A DNA stretch of 64,000 nucleotides from Eledone cirrhosa (Eukaryota). The stretch covers positions 41,602,001 to 41,666,000 of the forward strand of contig OZ024757.1 of assembly GCA_964016885.1 (NCBI GenBank). Direction: 5' to 3'. Position numbers and translations under genes: made by a program. Each line of letters opens with the position of its first letter. Positions within the stretch are counted from its first letter, which is position 1. Shown in pieces: positions 27,996 to 41,728 of this stretch. Under the pieces are notes generated by a model, which was not told where the DNA came from, made no database searches, and saw only the letters and a program-made list of their open reading frames with translations.

Positions 27996-28772
27996 TATTT
28001 ATATAATAAAAATACAAGAAAATATTTATAAAAATATTTAAAAAATAATAATAGTAATAATAAAATATAAGGTGAATGGTAAATGGTTCGTTGGTCACAG
28101 TAACTAACCAACAACCATAAAATTAGTGCTTTTTATGCTGGTTTTTATATTATATCATATTTTTTAGTTTTAGTTTTTAATTTCATTATTCATTTTATTT
28201 TATTTTTTATATATATATATTTTTTTTTTTTTGGTCTGCTTTTGAATTTTGTATCCATTAGTCACAGAGCATTTTGGTTGAATGGTCGACTACCAGCATG
28301 AAGATATGATGGACATTTTAAAATATAAAATATAATATAATGAAATATGATAAAATATAAAATAAATACAAAGCCAGACTCAGTCTGATGGTTGTGATGC
28401 TGGCCTGACCTTTCCTAGGATGAAGCAATTGTGTAGAAAGAAATGTTTTAAAAGAAAGATAAACAAAAAAATTAAATTTAGCTAAAAACCCAAAAAAAAG
28501 AAAAATGAAGAATAATATTTAATGATGATTTTTTTTTTTTTCTGAACTGAAGATAAAAGCTACCGTGTGTGTGTGTCAGAGAGAGTGTGTGTGTGTGTGT
28601 GTGTTTTGCTGTTGCAATAAACTAGAAAATATGGCAAGAAAGTCAATTGGTTTCACCCTAATGTATAACAGGTACAAGTTTTAATTTTATGTATTAATGT
28701 ATTTTCATATTTGAGCAGCTGGTTGAATTCATTAAAAACAAAAAAAAATGATAGAATTTTTTAAATCTAGAC

Positions 28773-29157
28773 TGCATTGAACAAAATTGAAAAGATTTTG
28801 AAGTCAGATCTACCCAGAAAAATCAAAATATTGTTCTTCAGAACATGTTGGGTCAGTGTTGTATGGATCAGGTACATGGACCTTGACACAAGCACTTGAG
28901 TCAGTGTTGTATGGATCAGGTACATGGACCTTGACACAAGCACTTGAGTCAGTGTTGTATGGATCAGGTACATGGACCTTGACACAAGCACTTGAGTCAG
29001 TGTTGTATAGATCAGCTACATGGACCCTGACACATGAACTTGAAAAGAAACTGGGTGTGACTTACACTAAAATGCTTAGGGCTGTACAAAACATAAACTG
29101 GCATCAACATATTACAAATGAAAGTATCTCAGAGATCAGAGAGTCACTCCAGGTTTG
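28773..29157 (+). mobile_element. RTE-group LINE RT remnant containing a 48-bp in-frame tandem repeat (about 3.7 copies)
   Basis: ALNKIEKILKSDLPRKIKILFFRTC..(ESVLYGSGTWTLTQAL)n..LEKKLGVTYTKMLRAVQNINWHQHITNE. Confidence 0.8.
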
Positions 29158-29277
29158 AGTTTGGCTGTTAGACTAGATTCTTTGATCTAATTCAGTGATT
29201 ACCTGAATTCCTGTCACTGGTTGGCCATGACTTAACTCTTGAATAGCCCCAACATTAGTCTATTATTTTACACCAAA

Positions 29278-29590
29278 TGGCAGTGGATTGGAGGAGCATC
29301 AGACAACAAGCACAATATGTTTTGCAGCATATAGTTAAGGTCTGTTATGTTCTGAGTTCAAATCCCATCAAGGTAGATAAAATGTAGTACCAATAACACA
29401 TTGGGGTCGATTTAATCAACTTCCTCCTCCTTTAATATTGTTGGTGTTGTGCCAAAAGTATAAACAATTATTATAATTAGTATTTTTAATTAAAATCAAA
29501 ATAAAGTACCAGTAATATACTGGGGTCAATTTAATTAACTTCACCCTCTTCTAATATTGTTGGTGTTGTGTCTAAATCAGAAACCATCAT
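29278..29590 (+). mobile_element. OK-type SINE plus a second 3' half
   Basis: TGTTCTGAGTTCAAATCCC, GTACC...TGGGGTC.ATTTAAT.AACTTC present twice. Confidence 0.65.
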
Positions 29591-29969
29591 TATGTATCTA
29601 GATTTAATTAACATTACGCTCCCTTAATTAAATATGGACGTGATTGATTTAAGTAGAAGCCTTAATGATGTCATGTTCTTTAATTGGAACTGTAATTTAT
29701 ACTAATTGTATGATGTTTAATAGTTTTGCTGGGAATGTAGTTAATGATAATTTAATTAATTCTGACATAACATTAAATAACTGTTTTATTTTTTTAAATT
29801 AGACATCTGTTGGTGGTAACGAGATCATAAGATACATTACATAATGAAATCGTGTCCGTGTTATCTTCCTTTCATCATCATCATCATCATCATCGTTTAA
29901 TGTCCATCTTCCACACTAGCATGGGTAAAACAGTCTGTCCCTTTGTAAGAGATCAGGTCGGAGGACCGT

Positions 29970-30150
29970 ATATCACTCCCATAGAAACAACAAAGCAAAC
30001 AACACAGTACAATGAAGAAATATATCAGTTTAATGCTTGATATAGTAGGAAAAGAGTCTTTGAGTTTCAGACACTAGTCCTTCATCAGAAGCTAGAATGA
30101 GAAATAAAATAGAAAGTAGAAAGATAGAGAGTGAGAGGAGAAAGGAACGG
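29970..30150 (-). mobile_element. Penelope-like HHR element, family I (HHR at 30056-30093)
   Basis: Reverse complement GCTT-CTGATGA-A-GGAC TAGT GTCT-GAAA-CTCA-AAGAC; homologous to 56045-56165 and 62040-62185. Confidence 0.7.
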
Positions 30151-30384
30151 AAAAAAGATTTTATTGGTTTGGTTACTATGACTGGATGCTCTTCTTAACA
30201 GCAACCATGTTTACAGTGTATGCTGGGTAAAAACCTTCAGTGATGTATATATATGTTTGTATGTATAGTCCCGAAACTCCTGATAGAGTCGTAGGGGTGT
30301 CGTATTGACATTTCTTGGGTGTTTCTTGGGCATTTTAAGTCTAGCGGAGCCCATCCCTATACAGGCCTGAGTATATATATGTGT

Positions 30385-30439
<55 letters not shown>

Positions 30440-30560
30440 CAGCAGCTGAAAATCAATTCTCCAGGCACATAGCCATGGTCTTTCGAGACCAATGGATGCC
30501 AATAATAATAATAAATATATATATTTATATATATACATATATATATTATATATATATATA

Positions 30561-31012
30561 TATATTAATAAGAGGAATTCCAACTTTGTCTGACTTACTC
30601 GTTTTATTTACAATCCTTTAAAATATATATAATGGTATTATAATGAAATAGTATGATAGAATATTAAATTCTAAGTGTTAATTGAACAAGTACTTTTATG
30701 CTTTCGCAATCTTCAGGTTCATGATATGTGGTGACAGTCGAGTTTGCAATTTTCAACTGCAATTTTCAACTTGCAATTTTCACAGTTGAAAATTGCAAAC
30801 TCGACTGTCACCACATATCATGAACCTGAAGATTGCGAAAGCATGAAAGTACTTGTTCAATTAACACTTAGAATTTAATATTCTATCATACTATTTCATT
30901 ATAATACCATTATATATATTTTAAAGGATTGTAAATAAAACGAGTAAATCAGACAAAGTTGGAATTCCTCTTATTAATATAATCTTCTATACACAATCAT
31001 ACACACCCGTGT
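30561..31012 (+). mobile_element. Foldback HHR element, family B: 199-bp inverted arms (30561-30759 / 30783-30981) plus short tail
   Basis: Reverse-complement arms with 2 visible mismatches; homologous to 55763-56013. Confidence 0.82.
30821..30859 (+). ncRNA. Minimal type I hammerhead ribozyme (family B)
   Basis: TGAAC-CTGAAGA-T TGC GAAA GCA T-GAAA-GTAC-TT-GTTCA; perfect 5-bp stem I, GNRA-capped stem II, palindromic stem III. Confidence 0.8.
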
Positions 31013-31066
31013 ATATTTACCTATCTATATCTATATATATATATATATATATATATTTATTTATAT

Positions 31067-31460
31067 ATATTAAAATACAAATATTAATAAAATAGATGTT
31101 CTTTTGATCAATTAAATTTTGTTATACATATTTCAGAGGTACAACAGTACGTCCTCATCAGACAAAATATAATGATAAATGACATACCCTGAGATGTTAA
31201 ATGGTTACGATTTAATCAAGGTAACCATTTAACATCTCAGGGTATGTCATGTATCATTATATTTTGTCTGATGAGGACGTACTGTTGTACCTCTGAAATA
31301 TGTATAACAAAATTTAATTGATCAAAAGAACATCTATTTTATTAATATTTGTATTTTAATATTAATAACTCTGGAAAATTATTTTTTGTAGAGTACTTCC
31401 AATCTACTGTAAAACTCATTCTTTGATGTACTCATTGAATCTTGTTTAACTCTTTAATAT
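31067..31460 (+). mobile_element. Foldback HHR element, family C: 142-bp arms (31067-31208 / 31221-31362) plus ~100-bp tail
   Basis: Reverse-complement arms with a 12-nt loop; (TA)n on both flanks. Confidence 0.82.
31261..31313 (+). ncRNA. Minimal type I hammerhead ribozyme (family C)
   Basis: ATTTTGT-CTGATGA-GGA C GTAC TGTT GTAC C TCT-GAAA-TATGTA-TA-ACAAAAT; 7-bp stem I. Confidence 0.82.
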
Positions 31461-31465
31461 ATATT

Positions 31466-31511
<46 letters not shown>

Positions 31512-31515
<4 letters not shown>

Positions 31516-32332
31516 AGAGTATTGAAGTTTGCTTGAAGCATTGTGGAACAATAAGTAGATATCTTTAAGTCGTTTGGAAGCCTCGACAATGCAAATGGGT
31601 AAATCTCCGGGTAACAAGGTCCGTGGTGGAGAGAGAGATGTAAGTGGGTGTACGTTGAGATGCGTGGTGTGTATAAGATGTGTGAGATGTGTAGAATGAA
31701 GGGAAGAGTATAAAGGACAACACAAGAGAGAGTTACCTTGGGAGAGATTTAATAGTCCCTATATATTTCGGATTCACATCCATCAACCGGGGTTTTTTCC
31801 CCGGGGTGGGCAACAACACACGCACACACACACACACACGCTCAAGCGAGACAACAACACACGCGCACACACACACAGTAACATTTAACAAACAGGCAGA
31901 GAATGGACTGACAACTAGCGCCATCCCACTCCCTCATTCGGCCGCTGACCTCTGTACGACCGACCCCATTTCACGCGCACGCGCGCTCTGCCGAATACCT
32001 CAGATATTCAAAACAACAAACAACGAAGGACGCGTTCCGCACTTGTCCGACAGACAACCTTTTCCTCCACCCCGGGAAAAAAAACCCCAGTTGATGGATG
32101 TAAATCCGAAATATATAGGGACTATTAAACCTCTCCCAAGGTAACTCTCTCTTGTGTTATTATTTTTATTTTATCCTTTATACTCTTCCCTTCATTCTAC
32201 ACATCTCATACATCTTATACACACCACGCATCTCAACGTACACCCACTTACATCTTTCTCCACCACCAGACCTTGTTACCCGGAGATTTACCCATTTGCA
32301 TTGTCGAGGCTTCCAAACAACTTAAAGATATT

Positions 32333-32334
<2 letters not shown>
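31512..32334. mobile_element. Inverted-repeat element, family Q (arms ~31556-31809 / 32067-32334) with CpG-rich spacer and HHR-like fold
   Basis: Arms are diverged reverse complements with indels; CCC-CRGTTGA-T-GGAT GTRA ATCC-GAAA-TATA-TA-GGG in each arm. Confidence 0.72.
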
Positions 32335-32365
<31 letters not shown>

Positions 32366-32526
32366 GCATATATATATATATGTATTCATATACAAATATA
32401 TATATATTTGTGTGTATATATATATATGTATTCATATACAAATATATATATATTTGTGTGTATATATATATATATATATATTTATATACAAATATATATA
32501 TATTTATATACAAATATATATATATT

Positions 32527-32568
<42 letters not shown>

Positions 32569-32588
32569 TATACAAATATATATATATT

Positions 32589-32629
<41 letters not shown>

Positions 32630-33084
32630 GTGTGTGTGTACACTTACACACACATACACACATATATATACACTTGTATACATACACCAAGTCACACTTT
32701 TCCTCTTCATCAAATTCTCTGCATGTATCGTTTCCAGGATTTGAATTTATTTTAGCTTTTATTTTCCAAATTGCTTCAAGAAATGTTTATCTCTTTTGGA
32801 AGAAAACTTCATTTCCATATATTCAATACAAAAAACATAACAATGATAATAATAATAACAATAATAATGATAAATATAACAATGGTGGATATATTTGTGC
32901 AAGCCTTAAGGTTTGGGGCTTATCTATTCTCATACTTGATGTAAGGAACCAATCTCAAAATGAATAAACACACATAACATTGTATATATATATATATATG
33001 TGTGTGTGTGTATAAAGTATATATCATCATCATCATCATTTTACGTCCGTTCTTCCAGATATATGTATATATCTGTATATATAT

Positions 33085-33320
33085 ATATTTAAGTTTGTTG
33101 GTTTACCAGTGGATAGAACTGGTCATTCCGTATGGTCAATCTCGATGTAATATTAGGGAGAGCACTCAACGTAATGCAACTTACCCGTCTTCGTTTGTGA
33201 AGTTGGTGGTGCGAGTACGCAGTGAATTATTATATATTATATATATTTCATATATTTTATATTATATATTATATATATGTCTTCCTTCAATCCTTTACTA
33301 CTGAAGAGTAATGAATTGTT
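33085..33320 (-). mobile_element. Probable PLE 3' tail remnant
   Basis: Reverse complement GTACTCGC...GTTGAGTGCTCTCC motif ~80 nt from a (TA)n junction, as in the HHR elements. Confidence 0.4.
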
Positions 33321-34058
33321 GTTATTATTATTATTATTATTATTATTGTTGTTGTTGTTGTTAAGAATTTGCCTGTGATCAGGTGGTGAGAATGTATCGC
33401 AGAATATATTGCAGTCCTTACATTATCTTTGTCATGTTAATATGAAAGCCACTTCTATCTTCATCTGATATGACGTTATTGTCATGTCATAACCAATTAA
33501 TTGTACACCGAAGAGGAAGTGGAGGTGTTGTACTGTTGTGTCAGTTAGTTCAACAGAAGAATCTTTAATCCAGAAAAGTTGATGAATATTGAGTCTTCTT
33601 GCACACCAACATATCATTGGATAAGTACTATGTGTGTGTATGTATATATATATATATATATAGTAATAATAATATATTTGAAGACTAAAATCCAAAGCGA
33701 TTCTTTGCTTAAACTTTAATCTGTTATTTTAATAAATATATATATATATTGTCATTATCGTCATTGTCTTGTGAGGACGTTAAAAGGACAATGATATATA
33801 TATATACACACACATATATATAAATGTGTGTGTGTGTATATATAAACATATATATATATACATATATAGAGAGCGAGAGAGAGAATAATGAAATACAAAG
33901 TAGTTTAGATGTTAAAATTCCTATATTTAAAAGGACGTTATATATATTTAGATGACAGCTGAGGCCACGTAATTCCATGTTAAATCCAATGCCATGATCT
34001 CATCAGACAGCTTCTTATATAGTAAGGTTACTTTTATTAGGCAATCCAAGTCCGAAGT

Positions 34059-34105
<47 letters not shown>

Positions 34106-34150
34106 TAATTCAAAATATTAACAAAAATAGACATTCGTGTGATCAAGTAT

Positions 34151-34215
34151 ATTTTATTATACATATTTCAGAGGTACTGAGCTATCTTCAACAGTACGTC
34201 CTCATCAGATAAAAT
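34151..34215 (-). ncRNA. Minimal type I hammerhead ribozyme (family C) in element ~34100-34270
   Basis: ATTTTAT-CTGATGA-GGACGTACTG..CAGTACCTCT-GAAA-TATGTA-TA-ATAAAAT. Confidence 0.8.
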
Positions 34216-34611
34216 AAGATGATGCATGACATACCCTGACATAGTAGATGGTTAAGATTCAGTCATGGTAGTGAATATGATATGACAAGACTCAATATTT
34301 ATATACCTTAAGATTGAGACATGAAAAAATGTACATATAATACAGCGGGTGCGTGTGAGAAAGCTTAAAAATACATAATAGCAATTTACATAACTGTTAG
34401 AGATTCAAATAATTTAAATTATTGAAGAAAGAAGAAAGAAAGAAGAAAGACAGAGAGAAACAGATGAGGAAAAATATAGTTACTAGAAGTATAGAAAGCA
34501 AAAGAGAATTGATTAAAGATAGAGAGGCAAAGAGGAATAATTTTTATTTTATAATTTTCATTGAACCTTGTTTAACCTTTAAATATATATATACATATAT
34601 GTATATGCATA

Positions 34612-34780
34612 TATTGTTATATTAGAGGAGGGTCATATTGTTATAATATTGCCAGAAATAATAATAGAACATACTCACTGTTCTGTTATTATTTCTGGCA
34701 ATATTATAACAATATGTCCCTCCCTAAATATAACATTTGTTTCAACACACGATTTCATATCAAAAACCTTGCAAAACAAA

Positions 34781-34790
<10 letters not shown>
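34612..34790 (+). mobile_element. Small foldback (family E-related terminus plus tail)
   Basis: GGAGGGTCATATTGTTATAATATTGCCAGAAATAATAA / TTATTATTTCTGGCAATATTATAACAATATGTCCCTCC hairpin; tail has an inverted copy at 36141-36206. Confidence 0.7.
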
Positions 34791-34811
<21 letters not shown>

Positions 34812-34813
<2 letters not shown>

Positions 34814-35590
34814 TTAGTTTCTGAATTTGTTTAGCAAGATTCTTTATCTGAAAACGTGTGTTGAAAACGATATTGTTATACTTTGGGAGGGTCATGTTGC
34901 CAATAAGAAACACACGCACCAGTTGCTTTCACTTCAATTTATTATAAATTAAATTTATAAATTTATTAATTTATAAATTTCCGGTTGGTTCGTTGGTTCC
35001 ACAACCAGACGATTGTTCATATATTGTTAAAGTTCTTTCGTCACACATTCTGTGACCTCTTCAGAGACGGGATTCTTTTCTTTGTTTTTATGCCTCTCCT
35101 TTCTTCTGTCCTACGCCATGTTTAGACAAATCACAGAGACAATAAACATAAATGAACTCCAACCAAAATTAAATAGAAAGCATGAATGGAATAGCAACAT
35201 CACAATTTACAATTAAGGACAAAATGAAAACACACACACACATAGAACAAACAACCAACCAGTAACATGTAAATAAACAAATAAATAAACAAATATAAAC
35301 ACACACAGACACCTGGATGTAACACATGTGCAAACTAAGCACACAACACACACAAAAACAAGATGGCGTAGGACAGAATAAAGTAGAGGCGCAAAAACAA
35401 AGAAAAGAATCCCCAGTCACTGAAGAGGTCACAGAATGTGTGACGAAAGAACTTTGACAATATATGAACAATCGTCTGGTTGTGGAACCAACCAACCGGA
35501 AATTTATAAATTTAATTTATAATAAATTGAAGTGAAAGCAACTGGTGCGTGTGTTTCTTATTGGCAACATGACCCTCCCAAAGTATAAAA
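34812..35590. mobile_element. Inverted-repeat HHR element, family E (arms 34876-35119 / 35363-35588); HHR at 35416-35458 (+)
   Basis: Reverse-complement arms; GTCA-CTGAAGA-G-GTCACA GAATG TGTGAC-GAAA-GAAC-TT-TGAC. Confidence 0.75.
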
Positions 35591-35616
35591 ATATATATAT
35601 ATATATATAATATGTA

Positions 35617-35680
<64 letters not shown>

Positions 35681-35695
35681 GTACATATATATATA

Positions 35696-35726
<31 letters not shown>

Positions 35727-35872
35727 CTATGTACATATATATATAATATGTATATATATATATATATAATATGTATATATATATATATATATAATATGTA
35801 TATATATATATAATATGTACATATATATATAATATGTATATGTATATATATATATAATATGTATATGTATAT

Positions 35873-35950
<78 letters not shown>

Positions 35951-36243
35951 ATATGTATATATATATATATATATATATAATATGTATATGTATATATATA
36001 TATATATAATATGTATATGTATATATATATATATAATATGTATATATATATATATATAATATGTATATGTATATATATATATATATATATAATATGTATA
36101 TGTATATATATATATAATATGTATATATATATATATATATACATATATTTGTTTTGCAAGGTTTTTGATATGAAATCATGTGTTGAAACAAATGTTGTTA
36201 TATTTATATTACATATATTTATATTATATATTATATATATATG

Positions 36244-36606
36244 GTGGATGGGTGCTACACGAGAATGCTGAGGATGGCTCTGAACATTAATCAGTATACA
36301 CTGAGGATGAAGAACTCAGAGCTGTATGGGAGCCTCCCAAAAGTCAGCTCAAAGGTGACACAGAGGAAACTGAGGTTAGCTGGACATGCTCACTGACATC
36401 CAGAGTTGACATTGCACTCAGTGCTCCTGTGGGAGCCCCTACATGGACACACTGGAAGAGGAAGACCAAGGTTAACGTATGTTGATGCCCTAAGGGCAGA
36501 CACTCGTCTGTTGAAGACGCAGGACATGGCAGCGATAATGAGGGACAGTGACCGCTGGAGAGACTCGTCCATGGATCTCGGGAATTTTACCTGCTCTAGA
36601 TAGATA
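36244..36606 (+). mobile_element. RTE-group LINE 3' end (one in-frame stop)
   Basis: VDGCYTRMLRMALNI...RKLRLAGHAH*HPE...LLWEPLHGHTGRGRPRLTYVDAL...MRDSDRWR; (TAGA)n tail. Confidence 0.85.
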
Positions 36607-36628
36607 TTATATATGTATATATACATAT

Positions 36629-36671
<43 letters not shown>

Positions 36672-37746
36672 GCATATTATATATACATATATATATATGT
36701 ATATACCCCCATCCACACCACCACGTCCACCACTACAAAATATTTTTTTAAAGTTTTCTCAAACAAAATCCATTGACTTACCTCCTTAAAATCCTTCTTC
36801 CTTGCCTAATAGTCCTTCCCTTTTCCTTCCTTTTCTTCTCATGGCCTAAGCCTGATCGCTGGAACAGGTAAAAGAATAAATAAAAGAAAAGTGTACACCC
36901 CAAACAATCCACCCCAATTTTCTACAAAATATTTTTCTTATGTTTTCTCAAACAAAACCATTACTTTTATCTCCTCAAATCCTTCTTCCTTGACTAATAG
37001 TTCTTGCTCTTTCTCTCATATTCTTCTCATTTATAGCATTTATAGTACTTTCCTTCACTTTCCTATTTATCTAGATCCAGCTTTCTCTATCTCTTCCCTC
37101 CTTTTTTATTTATTACTTTGTTTTGTTTTTAATCCCTTTTTTTTTATATTTTCCATCATTGTATAACTTCATAACTTTTGTTTGTAAAATATATTTGACT
37201 TTAAAAAAATATTATAATATTTATTCTTCCATCTTTGCAATTTTTGGAGAATCTTATATATATATTTTTTTTCATTTATTTTTTTTTTTTGTTATTTTAT
37301 TCTGTTCTTTGCTTATCCTTTCCCTTCCAAAACTAAATGGTTGCAAATAATTCTCGCTATCCTTTGCAAAATGATTTTCTAAAGTTTGTTTCTAATATTA
37401 GATTTTTGAAAAACATTTTCATAGCTTCTTCAGAAATGGTAAATGTAAAGAATTAATCCATTTTCTTACAGACAAGAACATCGGTAATGCACTTAAGTTA
37501 ATATTTCTGTGGTGAAATTATAGAGATTAATTCTAGTTACCATTTTGGCAGGACAAATGTACAAAGACATTATTTTACAATAGTAGAACTTACTATGCCA
37601 TGAAGTTCACCTTGCATTCTTGGAAGTAAAAACAGAATTTAATCCCACTGTTTTGCCAATCATTTTGGATTGTGCAAGGATTTGGAAACATTATTGCTGT
37701 CCTAGAAATGAATTAGTACATTAACTAAATGAGAAAATGCACAATG

Positions 37747-37787
<41 letters not shown>

Positions 37788-38018
37788 GCCTACGGAAGCA
37801 CCATAGCTATCACTATACACAAATATATATATATATATGCTAAGTTATACATACATATATGCTAAGTTATACATACATATATTCATACATTTATACATAC
37901 AGATGTGTATATATATATATATATATATGTAGGTGTGCCGTGCATTTGTGTGTGTATGTGTCTTTATAGATATGTATATATCTATGTATCTATATATATA
38001 TATTTATATATATATATT

Positions 38019-38082
<64 letters not shown>

Positions 38083-38104
38083 TATACAAAGTAAAACCTA
38101 CTAG

Positions 38105-38563
38105 TCAGTAGGCATCTCTAAGAAAATACACCCCCCGTCCCACCCCATCCACACCGCCCCTTTCAATGCAAAGTTATGTTGGTGCCACAACATCCAGGCC
38201 GAAACAAACGAGATCGTGTAGTTGTCACGACAAAAAAACACACAGTCCACGCTGTAATGTGACCGTATAGGCAACACGGTAAAAACCTGCCAGCCCCACA
38301 CTGTAAATGTGGTTGGTGTTAGGAAGGGCATCCAACTGTAGAAAACACGCCAGACAGTCCACGCTGTAATGTGGCCGTGTAGGCAACACGGTAAAAACCT
38401 GCCAGCCCCACACTGTAAATGTGGTTGGTGTTAAGAAGGGCATCCAGCTGTAGAAAACCCGCCAGACAGTCCTATGCGAGCAAGACAACCACTCTTGCCT
38501 CAAGTGGGAGAACCCCCGTCCACACCCATGCAAGCGTGGAACAGGGACGTTAAACGATGATGA

Positions 38564-38567
<4 letters not shown>
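38105..38567 (+). mobile_element. SINE with internal duplication and RTE-type tail
   Basis: Reverse-orientation homolog of 22055; ~117-bp internal duplication of the CAGTCCACGCTGTAATGTG..GAAGGGCATCCA block. Confidence 0.85.
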
Positions 38568-38599
<32 letters not shown>

Positions 38600-39125
38600 A
38601 GAGAGAGAGGGGGACAACTAGTTCTGCCTATACATTCATATGCCAACATCCAGGAAAAGAAATCTGGTTGATGCTTATATATATACATACATCTTATTGA
38701 TTTCAACAAATACTGAATTGTTTGGGTTTCATTAGAAATATGGTAATGAAAGGGTTAATGACATAGTCAGTGTCTTTTATTAGAAATATAACATGAAAAC
38801 CTCAATGAACAAGAACACATATGTTGTGTTCTATAAAACTGTATCTTGATGTCTTATTATTTTCTTCAATCATCTCCTCATATGTCCATAAACCACATGA
38901 TAACACAAGATATAATTTAACAACAGTTATGGTGTAAATGTAATACTTGATATAGACTCACATATTCTATTGAAATACTTTCTAATAAACCCATCAAGTA
39001 TTTAGTTGGTTCATTATATTCTATGGAAGGTTCTATATATTAGCTTGTGTCAGGTGTTTGTGTTTGACAGAAGTTTGATGTTTTCAATTAAATGTTTTTA
39101 TTCCTAACTAAACGAGGTTTCATTA

Positions 39126-39308
39126 TGGTGAATTGGCAGTATTGGTAGAGCGTCAGACATGCTTTCCAGCGTAGTTATGTCCCTTTACGATCTGAGTTCA
39201 AATCCCGCCGAGGTTAACTTTGCCTTTCATCCTTACGTGGTCGATAAAATAAAGTACCAGTAATACACTGGGTAATTGTTGGCCTTGTGCCAAAAGTAGA
39301 AACAATTC
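39126..39308 (+). mobile_element. OK-type SINE
   Basis: High similarity to 6531-6716. Confidence 0.85.
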
Positions 39309-39577
39309 TGTAAAGTGAAGCAGCAGACATTTTTGTGATGGTGGAGTGAGTAGCTTTAATTCCAGATGGTTTCCCTCTCAATCTCTGTCACATTGTTCCT
39401 CTATTTCACATTTTCACATCTGTCTCTCGTTCTTTTGGTGATGATGATGATATATAGATATATATAATATATAAGCACCCACACACATACACGTGTGTGT
39501 ATATATATAGATATATATATATATATAAGCATCCCCCCCCACACACACACACGTGTGTATCCTCTTCATCGTCGTCG

Positions 39578-39589
<12 letters not shown>

Positions 39590-39618
<29 letters not shown>

Positions 39619-39900
39619 GTTTAATGTCCATTTTCCATGGTAGCATGGGTAGGACAGGCTGTCCCTTTGTGAGAGATCTGGTTGAAGGACCATGTTTTGC
39701 TCATGCAGGGCTGATTTTGGCTTGGTTTCTATGGCTGGATGCCCTTCCTAACACCAACCATTTACAGTGTATGCTGGGCTCTTTTGTCATGACACTTACA
39801 CGGCCACATTACAGTGTAGACTGGGTACTTTTTGTTGTGTCATCAACACAACCGTTTCACAGTGTGGGCTGGAGGGTTTGCTGGATGTACACTTCAGCTT
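39590..39900 (-). mobile_element. SINE 3' part with RTE-type tail
   Basis: (CAT)n-GTTTAATGTCC..CCATGGTAGCATGGG..GGATGCCCTTCCTAACACCAACC. Confidence 0.75.
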
Positions 39901-40247
39901 GTGCTCATGAGAGATGTATGGGAGTGGGTGTGGAAGGTGGGGTGGTGCATGCTATATATATATATACTTCAGCTATGGACTGTTCCCGTGGGAATTCAGG
40001 TCTTCTATATATAGTGTTATGTATATATGTCTATGTAATTCTGAGTGTATTTAAGCAAATGTGCATCAAACTCAATATTTACAGTCAAGTGTATATTCAA
40101 TAGAATGTAAGCCAGTTTGGGATTATCTATATATATATATATGTTCCTGGAAAAAGTATTTTAAATTTTACATCAAAATATAATCACATGTTGTGTAAAT
40201 GTTTCTAGAGCAGGATTATAGCTATACTTCTCCCCACCCTCTCTCTT

Positions 40248-40284
<37 letters not shown>

Positions 40285-40312
40285 ATATACATAAATATAT
40301 AAATATCTCTCC

Positions 40313-40343
<31 letters not shown>

Positions 40344-40392
40344 CATAAATATATATATATATATATATATATACATCTATTATATCTCTCTC

Positions 40393-41125
<733 letters not shown>

Positions 41126-41394
41126 GTAATCCATACATCCAAGCATCTGAATAGATTTATAAATGTAGACATGTATTGAAGGGAATTATCTAAAATGTGG
41201 TTCGGTGGTGTGTTCTGCATACTTAATGTTTTATATCTAGTGTTTTCTGTGTATGTGTGTGTGTGTGTGGGTATGTGTGTGTATGTGTGTGGGTATGTGT
41301 GTGGGTATGTATGTGTGCGTGTGTGTATGTTCTACAATTTACAGTCATGCAGAAATATGTCAAAGAGAAAATTTTATGTCAACAATATGATATA

Positions 41395-41728
41395 CAACAA
41401 CAACCACCACAACCACCACCACAACCACCACAACAACAACAACCACCACAACAACAACAACCACCACAACAACAACAACCACCACAACAACCACCACAAC
41501 AACAACCACCACCACAACCACCACCACCACAAAAACAACCACAACAACCATCACAACAACCACCACCACCACAACCACCACAACAATCACCACCACCACA
41601 ACAATCACCACCACCACAACAATCACCACCACCACAACAATCACCACAACAACCACCACCACCACAACAACCACCATCACCACAACAACCACCACCACCA
41701 CCACAACAACAACAGTAACCACAACAAC
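41395..41728. repeat. (CAA/CAC)n trinucleotide repeat
   Basis: Direct reading. Confidence 0.92.

Noticed and set aside
31806-32144. 112-aa ORF in the family Q spacer
   Set aside because: No recognisable domain, includes (CA)n-derived residues and runs into the inverted arm; no GIY-YIG or RT motifs
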